This document shows, piece by piece, positions 28,980 through 38,979 of a DNA stretch of 64,000 nucleotides. The DNA is from Deltaproteobacteria bacterium (GTDB lineage: Bacteria > Myxococcota_A > UBA9160 > SMWR01): assembly GCA_032128115.1 (NCBI GenBank), contig JAQBHB010000041.1, forward strand, positions 128,001-192,000, read 5' to 3'. The notes beneath the pieces are model-generated. The model did no database searches, was not told where the DNA came from, and saw nothing but the letters and a program-made list of their open reading frames with translations. Numbering within the stretch: position 1 is the first letter of the stretch; each line of letters opens with the position of its first letter. The translations under genes were made by a program, and so were the position numbers.

Positions 28980-29333
28980 ATGCCGCGGGCCAATCCTCCT
29001 TTCGTCGAGGGCCGCGTCATCCAACTTCGGCAGCTCCTCGACAAGGATCCCGCTGACGAGATCGGATGGTTCGGCCTGGGTCGCGCGCTGCTCGACCTGG
29101 GACGCCCCGGCGAAGCGGTGGAGCCCTTCCGCCGCGCGGTCGCCCTCAAGCGTGACTACACCGCCGCCTATCGAGATCTGGGACGAGCTCTCCTGGAGTC
29201 GGGCCAGCACGTGGAGGCCGCCGAGGTCTTTGCGCGCGCCGTGTGTCTGGCCGAGCAGACCGGCGACGTCCAGACAGGCCGGGAGATCCACGTCGTCTTG
29301 CGCCGCGCGGAATCCCAGCTACGGGAAAACTGA
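28980..29333 (+). CDS. TPR protein
   Basis: TPR consensus (W..LG..L...G...EA...F..A). Confidence 0.8.
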   Translation: MPRANPPFVEGRVIQLRQLLDKDPADEIGWFGLGRALLDLGRPGEAVEPFRRAVALKRDYTAAYRDLGRALLESGQHVEAAEVFARAVCLAEQTGDVQTGREIHVVLRRAESQLREN

Positions 29334-29365
29334 TTCCCAACGCCCGTCAGGCGTATACTCGGCCC

Positions 29366-29692
29366 ATGCCCGACGCCCGTTCGCTCTACAAAGAAGGCTT
29401 CCAACACTTCGCGAACGATCGCCTGGACGAAGCCATCGCCTGCTACGACCGCGCCCTCGAGGCGGACCCGGAGCTGGCCATCGCGTGGAACGGGCTCTCC
29501 ATGGCGTATCGCAACAAGGGCGATCTGGACCGGGCCATCCAGGCGGCGCGGCGCCTGATCGAGCTCGAGCCCGACGACGCCCTGAGTCACACCAATCTGT
29601 CGATCCTTCTCCAGAACAAGGGGATGGTTCCAGAGGCCGAGGAGGCCATGGCGGTGGCGACAAGGCTCCAGATGAAATCCCAGGGAGCCTGA
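29366..29692 (+). CDS. TPR protein
   Basis: Three TPR repeats (EAI..Y..AL..DP, AW..L, SHTNLS). Confidence 0.8.
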   Translation: MPDARSLYKEGFQHFANDRLDEAIACYDRALEADPELAIAWNGLSMAYRNKGDLDRAIQAARRLIELEPDDALSHTNLSILLQNKGMVPEAEEAMAVATRLQMKSQGA

Positions 29693-29700
29693 GCCCGAGC

Positions 29701-30363
29701 ATGGCTGCCGAACCGAAATCGTTTCACCTGGCGCCGGAGGTCCACTCCTATCTCGTGGAACACGGCACGCCGCCCGACGAAATCCAACGCGCACTGATCG
29801 AGGAGACCCGCAAGCTCGGCGGCGTGTCCATCATGCAGATCGCACCCGAGCAGGGCGCCTTCATGACGCTCCTGACGCGAGCCATCGGGGCCAGACGCGC
29901 CATCGAGGTGGGCACCTTCACGGGTTACTCGGCCCTGTGCATCGCCCGGGGGCTCCCCGAGGACGGGAAGCTCATCTGCTGCGACGTGAGCGAGGAGTGG
30001 ACGTCGGTGGGTCGCACGTACTGGGAGAAGGCCGGCGTCGCCCACAAGATCGATCTCCGCATCGCTCCGGCGCTCGAAACCCTGCGAGCGCTTCCCCGCA
30101 GCCAGGACCTGGACCTGGCCTTCATCGATGCGGACAAGCCCAGCTATCGCGATTACTACGAGGAGATCCTGGTTCGCATGCGCCCGGGCGGCGTGATCCT
30201 GGTGGACAACGTCCTGTGGATGGGAGCGGTCGTGGATCCGTCGGTCAACGACGACCAGACCCGTGCGATCCGGGACTTCAACGACCGCGTAACCGCCGAT
30301 GAGCGCGTGGACACGGTGATGCTCGCCGTCTCGGACGGACTCACGCTGCTCCGGAAGCGCTGA
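29701..30363 (+). CDS. SAM-dependent O-methyltransferase (CCoAOMT/MdmC family)
   Basis: MQI.PEQG, EVGTFTGYS, FIDADK..Y, VDNVLW.G. Confidence 0.92.
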   Translation: MAAEPKSFHLAPEVHSYLVEHGTPPDEIQRALIEETRKLGGVSIMQIAPEQGAFMTLLTRAIGARRAIEVGTFTGYSALCIARGLPEDGKLICCDVSEEWTSVGRTYWEKAGVAHKIDLRIAPALETLRALPRSQDLDLAFIDADKPSYRDYYEEILVRMRPGGVILVDNVLWMGAVVDPSVNDDQTRAIRDFNDRVTADERVDTVMLAVSDGLTLLRKR

Positions 30364-31312
30364 CGTCCACACCGGCTCCCTCCTCGGGATCGCCGCGAAG
30401 CGCCCGACACAGCGCGCGAAAATCCGCCGCATCCGGGCATGCGACCTCCACGTCCTCGAACCGGATCCCCGCCGCGTGCAACATGTGCCGGGGCGCCCGC
30501 TCGGCGGCCTGGGGTCCATAGGTGGCATCGCCAAGCACCGGAAAGCCCAGATGGGCCAGGGTTGCCCGGATCTGGTGCAGGAAGCCGGTCCGGGGCCACA
30601 CCTCCACCAGGCTGGTTTCCGCGTGGACCTCCAGGGGCCGCCAACGCATCTGGCCGAGACGTGCGCCCGGCGTCAGCTCGCCCTCCGCCAGCACCCGCAC
30701 CCGGGCCGGCCGGTGGCGAGCGGTGACGAGCGGAAGCGAAATCTCGCCTTCCTCCAGAAGGCGGCCCGCCACCAGTGCCCGGTAGCGCTTCTCCACGCTG
30801 TGTTCCCGGAAGGCACTGCGCAGGCGCTGCCAGGCGGACTCCTGGGTTGCGAACAGCAGGGCGCCCGAGGTCTCCACATCCAGGCGGTGGACCACTCCGC
30901 TGCGAAGACCCCCTTCGCCCACGCCATGGACTTCCGGGTGTCGCGCAATCAAGGCGTTCAGGACCGTTCCCCCCTCCTGCTCCCGCAGCGGATGCACTGG
31001 CATCCCGGCCGCCTTGTCGATTGCCAGCCAACCCTCCCCCCGAGCCAGCACGATCAGCTCGAGATCCGGTTGGGCCACCGCCTGCTGATTTTCGGGGCGA
31101 ACGAAGGGTGCCACCTGGACGCTGGCGCCGGGCACCAGGGGCGTGCCCTTGCCCGAGGCCGACACCCGGCGGCCGTCCAGGGTCACGGCCTCGCGGGCCA
31201 GCAGGCGCCTGGCCTGGGAGCGCGAGAGCTGCAGCTTCTCGGCCAGGAATACGTCGAGGCGCCGGCCGCGATCCTGCTCCGACACCTGAAGCGAACGGGG
31301 GGATGCGTCCAT
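30341..31312 (-). CDS. RluA/RluD-family pseudouridine synthase with S4 domain
   Basis: RLD.FLA S4 domain, K.AGM.VHP, HRLD.ETSG, TG..HQIR, LGD..YG, LHA. Confidence 0.92.
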   Translation of the reverse strand: MDASPRSLQVSEQDRGRRLDVFLAEKLQLSRSQARRLLAREAVTLDGRRVSASGKGTPLVPGASVQVAPFVRPENQQAVAQPDLELIVLARGEGWLAIDKAAGMPVHPLREQEGGTVLNALIARHPEVHGVGEGGLRSGVVHRLDVETSGALLFATQESAWQRLRSAFREHSVEKRYRALVAGRLLEEGEISLPLVTARHRPARVRVLAEGELTPGARLGQMRWRPLEVHAETSLVEVWPRTGFLHQIRATLAHLGFPVLGDATYGPQAAERAPRHMLHAAGIRFEDVEVACPDAADFRALCRALRGDPEEGAGVDVSASGAA

Positions 31313-31493
31313 ACAGCCGATTCTAGTGCCTCCTGAGCCCGCTCACGGGCGCGCAGCAGGTACGCAGCCAGGCGTCTGCGCTCTGCGGGTCCGATCGGGC
31401 CGGGGGCGTGCAGCCCCACGCCCTTACTGATAGCGTGTATCGTGTAGACCCCCTGCAAGACCGGGAACCTCCCAGGCCCGGTCGTCAGCCGAC

Positions 31494-33113
31494 ATGCGAT
31501 CGAACCCGAATCAAAACGCCGATCATCGCGTCGCCGAAAACCGCGTCGCCGTAATGGACGTGACCCTGCGGGACGGGGAGCAGACCCCCGACGTGGCGTA
31601 CACGGCCGCCGAGAAGTTCCAGCTGGCGCGCCTGCTGCTGGAGGACCTGGGCGTCGACCGCATCGAGATCGGTCAGACCCGGGTCTCCGAGGGCGAGCGC
31701 GAGGCCGTAGGCATCATCACCGATTGGGCGCGCAAGGAGCGAGCGCTGCCGCGGGTGGAGATCCTCGGCTATTGCGATGGCCGCACCTCGGTGGACTGGA
31801 TCCTGGAGGCCGGGGGCAAGGTCCTGAACCTGCTGGTCAAGGGCTCCGAGCTCCACTGCCGCCAGCAGCTGGGCGCCTCCCCGGAGCGGCACAGGGCGCG
31901 GGTGGCGGAAACCGTGGGTTACGCCCACCAGAAGCGTCTGCTGGTGAACGTCTACCTGGAAGACTGGTCCAACGGCGTCCGCGATTCCTTCGACTACGTA
32001 TTCGCCATGGTGCAGCACCTGCGCGAGCTCCAGGTGGCCCGAATCTACCTGCCCGACACGCTGGGCATTTTCGCGCCGGACGACGTGGATCGGTACGTGG
32101 GCCTGATGACAGCCACCTGGCCCGACACGATCTTCGAATTCCACGGCCACAACGACTACGGTCTTGCCACTGCCAACTGCCTCGCCGCCGTGCGCGCCGG
32201 CGCGCGCGGCGTGCACACCAGCGTGAACGGAATGGGCGAGCGCACGGGCAACTCGTGCCTGGCCGAGGTGGTGGCAGCGCTCCACGACCACTCCGGCGCC
32301 CGCACCCGGGTGAACGAGTCGCGCCTGTCTGCGGTGTCGCAGATGGTGGAAACCTTCAGCGGCAAGGACCTGGCCGCCAACTCGCCCATCATGGGCCGTG
32401 ACGTCTTCACCCAGACCGCCGGCATCCACGCCGACGGCGATGCCAAGGGCGATCTCTACGTGTCACGTCTGGCGGCCGACCGGTTCGGCCGGCGGCGCCG
32501 CTACGCCCTGGGCAAGCTTTCGGGCAAGGCGTCCCTCGATCAGAACCTCAAGGCCCTGGGGATCGAGCTGCCCGACGCGGACCGCGGGCTTGTGCTGCGC
32601 CGCATCGTCGAGCTCGGCGACAAGAAGCACACGGTGAGTCCCGAAGACCTGCCCTACATCATCGCCGACGTGCTCAAGTCACCGGAAGAGCAGCTGGTGC
32701 GGATCGAGCGCTATCGGGTGGAGGTCGAAACGGGCGTAACGCCCAAAGCGGAAGTTTCGGTGGCCTACCGGGGCAAGACCGCGAGCGCCGCGGGCATCGG
32801 AGACGGCGGTTACGACGCCTTCATGAACGCCCTGGCCAAGGCGGTCAAGAAACTCGGCATGAGCTTGCCGCGCCTGGAGGATTTCCGGGTGCGCATCCCG
32901 CCCGGCGGCCGCACCGGAGCGCTGGTGGAGACGGTGATCACCTGGAAGGACGACGACTCGGACGACGGAACCTTCTCGACCCTGGGGGTCGATTCGGACC
33001 AGCTGGCCGCTGCGGTAATCGCCACCGAGAAGATGCTCAACGCCCGGGCGCCCCGGAAGCCCGCGAAGGCCCGCAAGCGCCGCCTGCGGGCCTCGAAAGC
33101 GAAGTCTCGATGA
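31494..33113 (+). CDS. cimA: (R)-citramalate / 2-isopropylmalate synthase family (Leptospira/Bacteroidetes CimA-like)
   Basis: DVTLRDGEQT, YLEDWSNG, LPDTLG, HGHNDYGL, TQTAGIHADGD.K, GDG.YDAFMNAL, IPPGG.T.ALVET. Confidence 0.82.
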   Translation: MRSNPNQNADHRVAENRVAVMDVTLRDGEQTPDVAYTAAEKFQLARLLLEDLGVDRIEIGQTRVSEGEREAVGIITDWARKERALPRVEILGYCDGRTSVDWILEAGGKVLNLLVKGSELHCRQQLGASPERHRARVAETVGYAHQKRLLVNVYLEDWSNGVRDSFDYVFAMVQHLRELQVARIYLPDTLGIFAPDDVDRYVGLMTATWPDTIFEFHGHNDYGLATANCLAAVRAGARGVHTSVNGMGERTGNSCLAEVVAALHDHSGARTRVNESRLSAVSQMVETFSGKDLAANSPIMGRDVFTQTAGIHADGDAKGDLYVSRLAADRFGRRRRYALGKLSGKASLDQNLKALGIELPDADRGLVLRRIVELGDKKHTVSPEDLPYIIADVLKSPEEQLVRIERYRVEVETGVTPKAEVSVAYRGKTASAAGIGDGGYDAFMNALAKAVKKLGMSLPRLEDFRVRIPPGGRTGALVETVITWKDDDSDDGTFSTLGVDSDQLAAAVIATEKMLNARAPRKPAKARKRRLRASKAKSR

Positions 33114-34105
33114 GCGCGGCACTGGCCAGCGGAGTTCATCGCGCCGCCAGCGGAGTTTATCGCGCCGGGTGGATGCTCTCGCTTCCCCTGGCGGTCAGCT
33201 GCGCCTCCACGCCCGACGTGGACCCCCGCTATCGCCCGGTGGAGAACGTGCTCGAAGTGATCGGGGTGCTTCGGCGACACATCCCCGACGACACCTATCG
33301 ATTCGAGCCCGCCCACGACTTCACTGGCCGCAACGTCTACCGCAGCTCGCTGCTGCGCCTGGAGAGCCTGGAACGCGTGCACGATGGTGCACTGCGCGCG
33401 GGCTACATGGACGGGGTGATCGCGTTCGCCAAGGGTCGCTCACTGGAGAGGCTGCGCGCCTTCGACCTGGCCGCGGGAAGCTACCGGTTGGCCGCCGAGC
33501 GCGACGAGGCCCTCCGCATCGAAGCCCTGCGCAGCGCGGACGTCTGCGATTCGCTCCAGGAGGCGGCGGGTGTGGGGGTGGACCTGGACGACCTGGCGGG
33601 GGATCGGGCTCCCCGTCCCGCCACCGATCCGGATGCGATTCTGCGCGCGTACGACGAGCGCGAGCTGCTGCTCTCCGAAGTGGCCCAGGCGGTCGAGGAC
33701 ACCCACTACACGGCCGTGGTGTTCGAGGAGATGGAGCGCGCCGACATGTCGCGGGCCAGCTACTTCACGGCGCTGCGCAAGATCCTGCCCGAGGGCGACG
33801 TGCGGGCAATCGCCGAGCTGCGTCGGGTGGTGCGCCGCCACCCGGAAAGCAAGCTCGCGAACCGCCACATGCTCCAGCTGGGAAACCTGTACGCGGACAT
33901 CGCCGGGGAGTACGTGGACGCCTACCCGCCCGAGAGCCTGCAATTCGACGTGGCCCGCTTCCGCGACCTGACGGCGGCGGCCTCGCAGCTCTACGAAACC
34001 GTGGCGAGCCAGGACGGCACACCCGAGAAGCTCGAAGCGTCCCGCCGCCTCGAGGCCTTCCTGGCCTTTTCCCTGAGAGTCGATCGTGATCGCTTCACAC
34101 CGTAA
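33110..34105 (+). CDS. Hypothetical helical lipoprotein
   Basis: ATGA overlap with cimA, lipobox-like LAVSC, TPR-like helical segments. Confidence 0.75.
   Translation: MSAALASGVHRAASGVYRAGWMLSLPLAVSCASTPDVDPRYRPVENVLEVIGVLRRHIPDDTYRFEPAHDFTGRNVYRSSLLRLESLERVHDGALRAGYMDGVIAFAKGRSLERLRAFDLAAGSYRLAAERDEALRIEALRSADVCDSLQEAAGVGVDLDDLAGDRAPRPATDPDAILRAYDERELLLSEVAQAVEDTHYTAVVFEEMERADMSRASYFTALRKILPEGDVRAIAELRRVVRRHPESKLANRHMLQLGNLYADIAGEYVDAYPPESLQFDVARFRDLTAAASQLYETVASQDGTPEKLEASRRLEAFLAFSLRVDRDRFTP
33125..33166 (+). repeat. 21-bp tandem duplication in signal-peptide region
   Basis: GCCAGCGGAGTTCATCGCGCC / GCCAGCGGAGTTTATCGCGCC (one mismatch). Confidence 0.85.
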
Positions 34106-34121
34106 CCGCGAACCGCAGGGG

Positions 34122-36410
34122 ATGGCGGCGGTGGGCGCCTGCCCGGCGCTTCTGGCCTGCCTGGCGCTTCTGGCCTGCCTGCCGATCATGGCTTGTCGCG
34201 GGCCGGCGGCCGTGCCCCTCTCGATGTTGGAAAACGACCCCCGCCTCTCGAATCGGGTTCCCGATGCCGCCGACCGCACGGCGGCCCAGCTGGCCGCCGC
34301 CGCCCTCACCTCCGACGAGGAAGGCACGGCCCGGGCCCTGCGACGCCTGGAAGCCATCGACAGCGCGCTGGAGTTGTGGGAGGGACAGTCCACCGGACTG
34401 ACGCCCGTATCGGCCGACCTGATCAACGCGACCCGGGGCGACCCGCGCGCCTACCGCACGGCTACCCACCGCCTGCTGGAGCGCGACGACCTCGACCCGG
34501 CCCTGCGCACCCGGCTGGAAGAGGCGGAGCGGGACGATCCCCTCTATCTGGCCGACGCCCGCATGCGCGACGTGCGCGTGTGGCAGATGGGACGCGCCTT
34601 CAACGCCGTGGCCGAGCCCGTGGGCCGCTCGATCCTGACTTCTTCCGTGGCGCCGTATCGGTTGGCCGCCGCGTTGATCCAGTACGCCGCCGAGCTCTAC
34701 ACCGCAGAGGCGCTCACGCTCCAGGAACGCCAGGCCCTGGATCACTGGAAGCGCTTCGTGGCCGAGCACCCGGATTCGTTCGAGGCCAGGAAACTCGAGC
34801 CCCGCATGGAGCGGAGCCAGTCGCGCTTGAACGAGCTGCAGCGCGACCGGGCCGTTCACTCGGCGGAGCGGGCCCTTCGCGAGGGCCGGGTGCGCCTGGC
34901 CCTGATCTACGCCGATCGCGCCCTCGACTACGCGCCGGAAGACCCCAAGGCCTCAGAAATTCGCGAGCGCGCCGCCCGGGTGCTGGACCGGGAGCGCGAG
35001 AAAAACGACACCAGCTTGATGGCCGCCCAGATCGCGACCCCCGCCGGAGAGGCCGAGGCCAGTTACGAGCTGGCGCTGGCCCTGCTGCTGCCCGACCGGG
35101 ACGTGGAGTCGGTGGCCAGTGCGCTCCTGTTGGCCGACCGCCAGGGCCCCCTGGCCGACGAGGCCCGGTTCGCACTGGCCCTGGCCCGGGCCGAGCAGGG
35201 CGACGAGGACGACAGCTGGAAGCGCTTCGAAACCATCGCCGATCACGGCGTCGCGAACTCGAACATGGCGCGGTACGCCCAGACCCTGGTGTCGTCGCCG
35301 GCCCAGAACCCCTACCAGGCCTTCCGCAGCAGCCTCTCCCGCGATCGCTGGTACAACGCGCGCTGGGTGATGCTGGGCCGCTGGTATCGCGGAGTACCCG
35401 ATCGTGGCATCCCCCGGCCCATCGAGTGGCTGATCGGCGCGCCCGCCGTGGCACGCGACATCATGTCGTCGCCGGTGCGCCTGATCCAGCTGCCGTGGAA
35501 GGCGCCCACCACGGGACGCAACGCGCGGGTCTACGCCCGGCGCTACCTGAGTCGCTACCCCCACGGTGCCCACGAATACGAAGTGCGCGACTGGCTCGAG
35601 TCCTACGAGGCCAGGCACGACAACTGGTTCGGCGTACTGGCGGTGGCCGAGGGCCGCGAAGGCCTGAGCGACGAGCGGCGCGTGGAGCTGCGCGCCAAGG
35701 CGGCACAGCAAGCGGTCGACATGGCGAGCCACGAGCCGCGGCGCGATGTGCGCAACACCATGCTCCGCCACGTAGCCCGCGAATTCCCCGACACCGTGGC
35801 CGGCGTCGCCGCGGGACACGCGGCGCGCGTCGAGGTCGAAGAGGCCTCGGAACAGCGCATCCGGATCTCGCGTGGATTCCTGCTGGAGAACCCGGAGGTA
35901 GCGGGCCCGCGCGGCCTGGCCCTGGGCCCCGGACTGCTTGACGAGGACCTCTCCAACGGGGAGCTCCACCCGCTGGGCGTGGCATTCCTGGGCGAGCGCA
36001 CCCTGGAGATCAACCTGGTGGATCAGGGCTCCGACGAGGACGATCCGCCGAAGGCCGTGAAGCGCCGCATCTCGCCCGAGCGCCTGGCGCGCCTGGTCTC
36101 ACAGCTGGAGGAGACGTCGATTCGCAATGCGCTCCTCGACGCCGACGACGTGCAGGAGCCCGACGCCCAGCGCGATGTGTACTTCGAGAAGGTCCGCCTG
36201 GGGCTGTCCGCGTCGGTGGATCCGCGCGCGGCGTCAGAATCGCATTACGTGTATCGCGGGCTGCGCGAGCGCTACGGCGTGGTGCGGCGGCGCGAGCCGA
36301 TCCTGCCCTTCGACCTGGTGATCCGCGGGTCGATCAGCGACCTGAGCATCGGCGCCTTCCCGCGCATCCGAAAGCCCCGCGAAACGCCGGACGCGTTCCT
36401 GTACAAATAG
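34122..36410 (+). CDS. Large hypothetical helical (TPR-like) putative lipoprotein
   Basis: Hydrophobic N-terminus ending IMAC, long GC3-biased ORF, no family recognised. Confidence 0.75.
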   Translation: MAAVGACPALLACLALLACLPIMACRGPAAVPLSMLENDPRLSNRVPDAADRTAAQLAAAALTSDEEGTARALRRLEAIDSALELWEGQSTGLTPVSADLINATRGDPRAYRTATHRLLERDDLDPALRTRLEEAERDDPLYLADARMRDVRVWQMGRAFNAVAEPVGRSILTSSVAPYRLAAALIQYAAELYTAEALTLQERQALDHWKRFVAEHPDSFEARKLEPRMERSQSRLNELQRDRAVHSAERALREGRVRLALIYADRALDYAPEDPKASEIRERAARVLDREREKNDTSLMAAQIATPAGEAEASYELALALLLPDRDVESVASALLLADRQGPLADEARFALALARAEQGDEDDSWKRFETIADHGVANSNMARYAQTLVSSPAQNPYQAFRSSLSRDRWYNARWVMLGRWYRGVPDRGIPRPIEWLIGAPAVARDIMSSPVRLIQLPWKAPTTGRNARVYARRYLSRYPHGAHEYEVRDWLESYEARHDNWFGVLAVAEGREGLSDERRVELRAKAAQQAVDMASHEPRRDVRNTMLRHVAREFPDTVAGVAAGHAARVEVEEASEQRIRISRGFLLENPEVAGPRGLALGPGLLDEDLSNGELHPLGVAFLGERTLEINLVDQGSDEDDPPKAVKRRISPERLARLVSQLEETSIRNALLDADDVQEPDAQRDVYFEKVRLGLSASVDPRAASESHYVYRGLRERYGVVRRREPILPFDLVIRGSISDLSIGAFPRIRKPRETPDAFLYK
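34137..34181 (+). repeat. 18-bp tandem repeat (2.5 copies) in signal peptide
   Basis: GCCTGCCCGGCGCTTCTG GCCTGCCTGGCGCTTCTG GCCTGCCTG. Confidence 0.85.
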
Positions 36411-36418
36411 GCGCGAGA

Positions 36419-37714
36419 TCAGACCGTTTCCACCGCGGCGCGGTCCCCGCGCAGCCGGTAGAGCAGCACCAGCAGCAACAGCGCTCCCAACAGCATCGTC
36501 GACTGCGCGACGTTGAACGCCGTGGCGGCGGTGACCTCCAGGATCCGGTAGCGGTTGGCCAACAGCAGGAAGGCAGCGGCCAGGGCGATCCGGGGGCCGG
36601 CACCGGGCCGTGGCGAACGCAGCGCCGCGGGAAGCGCTGCCGCGAAGATCGGGAGGGCGATGCCGTAGTGGTGGTCCCAGACGATGGGGGCCGCCATGGA
36701 GAAGCTGAGCCCCGCGATCATCAGGTCCTCCAGGCTCGCGGTATTCGCCCGACTCCGGCGCCAGAAGAGAGCGGCGCCGATCAGCAGCAACGACGACAGC
36801 CAGGTTCCCGCGTAGACCGCCGGGTGGAATGGCGGAAACTCGTTGCCGCTCCACACCAGATTGTTGCCGTTGAACAGCAGGCGGTGCAGCAGTCCGTTCA
36901 TGGATTGGTTCTGGTGAAAGCTCTCGCCGTGTTGCCCCAGGTAGCTGAGAGCCGACAGGTAGTCGACGCAATCCGCCCAGCCGTAGATCAACAGCGACAC
37001 CGCCGCCAGCGGCACGAGGACGAGCCCCAGACCCGTTGCGAACTGCTTCTGGCGGCGCAGGACGGCCCAGACCAGCAGCAGGGCCAGCGGCGGCTTGATG
37101 GCGCAGATCGCCCCGAACAGGGCACCCGACGCGCGGCGATGGCCGGTGATCCACGCCAGCAGTCCACCGGCGAACAGCGGGTTGATGAAGGTCTGGATCT
37201 GCCCGATGTGGTACGCGCGCACCACCGGGTAGAAGGTGAGGGTGAAGGCGAGACCCAGGCCAACGAGCGCCGCCGTCTCGCCGGGCGGGCCCCGCAGGCG
37301 GGTTCCGCCCCCCGTGCTCAGCTTGAAGATCCATGCGGTCAGCACCGCGGTGGCGACCACGGCCAGCCACGACAGCGTGTTCAGGAAGCCATCGCCCATG
37401 ATCCCGAGCAGACGCAGGGGCTCCAGCAGCACCAGGCTGGTGGGAGGGTACTGGAACTTGACTCCCCGGTTCAGGAGTACCTCGGTGTAGAGCGGAAGAG
37501 TGTGGGGGGTGTGCAGGTAGCCCAACGCCTGGCGCATGGGCGTCCACGAATCGCTGCCTGCCTGACGCCCGAGGTAGGACGCGGTGAAACTCAAGGTGGT
37601 GGGCATGACCGACTGCCGGGGCAACGACGCCACGCTCCAGGCCAGGAGCCCGTTCACCAGCAGCGCGTTGGTGGCGACGAATCCGGCGAGCCACGCAAGC
37701 AGGCGCGGCTTCAC
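36419..37714 (-). CDS. GT87/DUF2029-family membrane glycosyltransferase
   Basis: FQYPP, GQ, IKP, NQS, PIVWDHH motifs with many TM helices. Confidence 0.8.
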   Translation of the reverse strand: MKPRLLAWLAGFVATNALLVNGLLAWSVASLPRQSVMPTTLSFTASYLGRQAGSDSWTPMRQALGYLHTPHTLPLYTEVLLNRGVKFQYPPTSLVLLEPLRLLGIMGDGFLNTLSWLAVVATAVLTAWIFKLSTGGGTRLRGPPGETAALVGLGLAFTLTFYPVVRAYHIGQIQTFINPLFAGGLLAWITGHRRASGALFGAICAIKPPLALLLVWAVLRRQKQFATGLGLVLVPLAAVSLLIYGWADCVDYLSALSYLGQHGESFHQNQSMNGLLHRLLFNGNNLVWSGNEFPPFHPAVYAGTWLSSLLLIGAALFWRRSRANTASLEDLMIAGLSFSMAAPIVWDHHYGIALPIFAAALPAALRSPRPGAGPRIALAAAFLLLANRYRILEVTAATAFNVAQSTMLLGALLLLVLLYRLRGDRAAVETV

Positions 37715-38979
37715 GGGGAATCCGCGCCGTAGGCTTCGGCCAGGATCTGCACCGGGTGCACCACGCGGGCGCGCAGCCCGGCGCGCACCACACCGGCGCG
37801 GAGCTGCATCAGACACCCCGGGTTGCCGGTCGCGATCACATCCGGATCCGCTGCCGCCAGCGAAGTGAGTTTGCGGTCGAGCACCGCCTGCGACATCTCC
37901 CGGTGGGTCAGGTTGTAGATTCCCGCCGCACCACAGCAGCTGGCCGCATCCTCGTGAGCCACCAGCGTAAGACCGCGAATCCGCGAAAGCAGCCGGCGCG
38001 GCGCCGCCTCCACCTTCTGGCCGTGCACCAGGTGGCATGGATCGTCGTAACACACCCGCGCCTCGAAGACGCCCGGCGGATCGCGCAACCCCTTCTCGTC
38101 GAGAAACTCGCTCACGTCGCGCACGCCGTCGGAGAACGCGTCGGCCTCGCCGGGCAACCAGTGCCTCGTATCGCGCATGGCCGCACCGCAGCCCGCCGAG
38201 TTCACCACGATGGCATCCAGGTCGGCCCCGTCGAAGGCCGACAGGTTCCGCCGGGCCAGGCCGCGGGCAAAGTCCAGATCGCCCGCGTGGGCGTGAAGGG
38301 CCCCGCAGCAGGCCTGGGTCGGGGGCACCACCACGTCGAAACCATTGCGGGTCAGGACGTCCGCGGTGGCGGCATTCACGTCGGCGAACAGCTCCGGCAT
38401 CACGCAACCCACGAACAGGCCCACGCGCCCGCGCCGCTCGCCCCGAGCGGGAAGGATCCCGGGGAGCGGCCGGCGCAGCGCGCGTGCCGGGACCCGAGGC
38501 AGCCCGGCCTGCAGCGCACGCAGCCCGCGCGGGAGCAGCGCGCAGCCCAGGCGATCGAGACCCAACCACTGCAGCATGGCCAGACCGTGGAAGAGCCAGC
38601 GCAGTCGTTTGCGATTCGGGATCAGATGTCGCAGCGCCAGGCGTTCGAGTGTTTTGGCGGGTCCCTTGCGAAGTTCGCTGGCTTCCACCTGGGAACGCGC
38701 CAACTCGAGCATGGAGCCGAAGCGGACACCCGACGGGCATGCCGTCTCACACGCGCGGCAGCCCAGACACAGGTACGCCTCGTCGGCCACGGTCTGCGAG
38801 AGATCGATGCGCCCCTCGGCTACAGCGCGAAACAGATAGATGCGACCGCGGGGCGACGAGATCTCGCTCCCGGTTTCGCGGTACGTGGGACAGGTGGGCA
38901 GGCACAGCCCGCAATGCACGCAATCGAGCGAATGCCCCAGGATCTCGTGCCAGACCTCCGCGTCGTTACCGGCCGCCAC
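37711..38979 (-). CDS. glcF: Glycolate oxidase iron-sulfur subunit
   Basis: CVHCGLCLPTCPTY, SPRGRI, CLGCRACETACPSGV, two CCG domains, NPGC. Confidence 0.92.
   Translation of the reverse strand: MAAGNDAEVWHEILGHSLDCVHCGLCLPTCPTYRETGSEISSPRGRIYLFRAVAEGRIDLSQTVADEAYLCLGCRACETACPSGVRFGSMLELARSQVEASELRKGPAKTLERLALRHLIPNRKRLRWLFHGLAMLQWLGLDRLGCALLPRGLRALQAGLPRVPARALRRPLPGILPARGERRGRVGLFVGCVMPELFADVNAATADVLTRNGFDVVVPPTQACCGALHAHAGDLDFARGLARRNLSAFDGADLDAIVVNSAGCGAAMRDTRHWLPGEADAFSDGVRDVSEFLDEKGLRDPPGVFEARVCYDDPCHLVHGQKVEAAPRRLLSRIRGLTLVAHEDAASCCGAAGIYNLTHREMSQAVLDRKLTSLAAADPDVIATGNPGCLMQLRAGVVRAGLRARVVHPVQILAEAYGADSP

Noticed and set aside
31313..31493. Amino-acid attenuator upstream of cimA
   Set aside because: Several hairpins but no Ile/Leu/Val-rich leader peptide or U-tailed terminator seen
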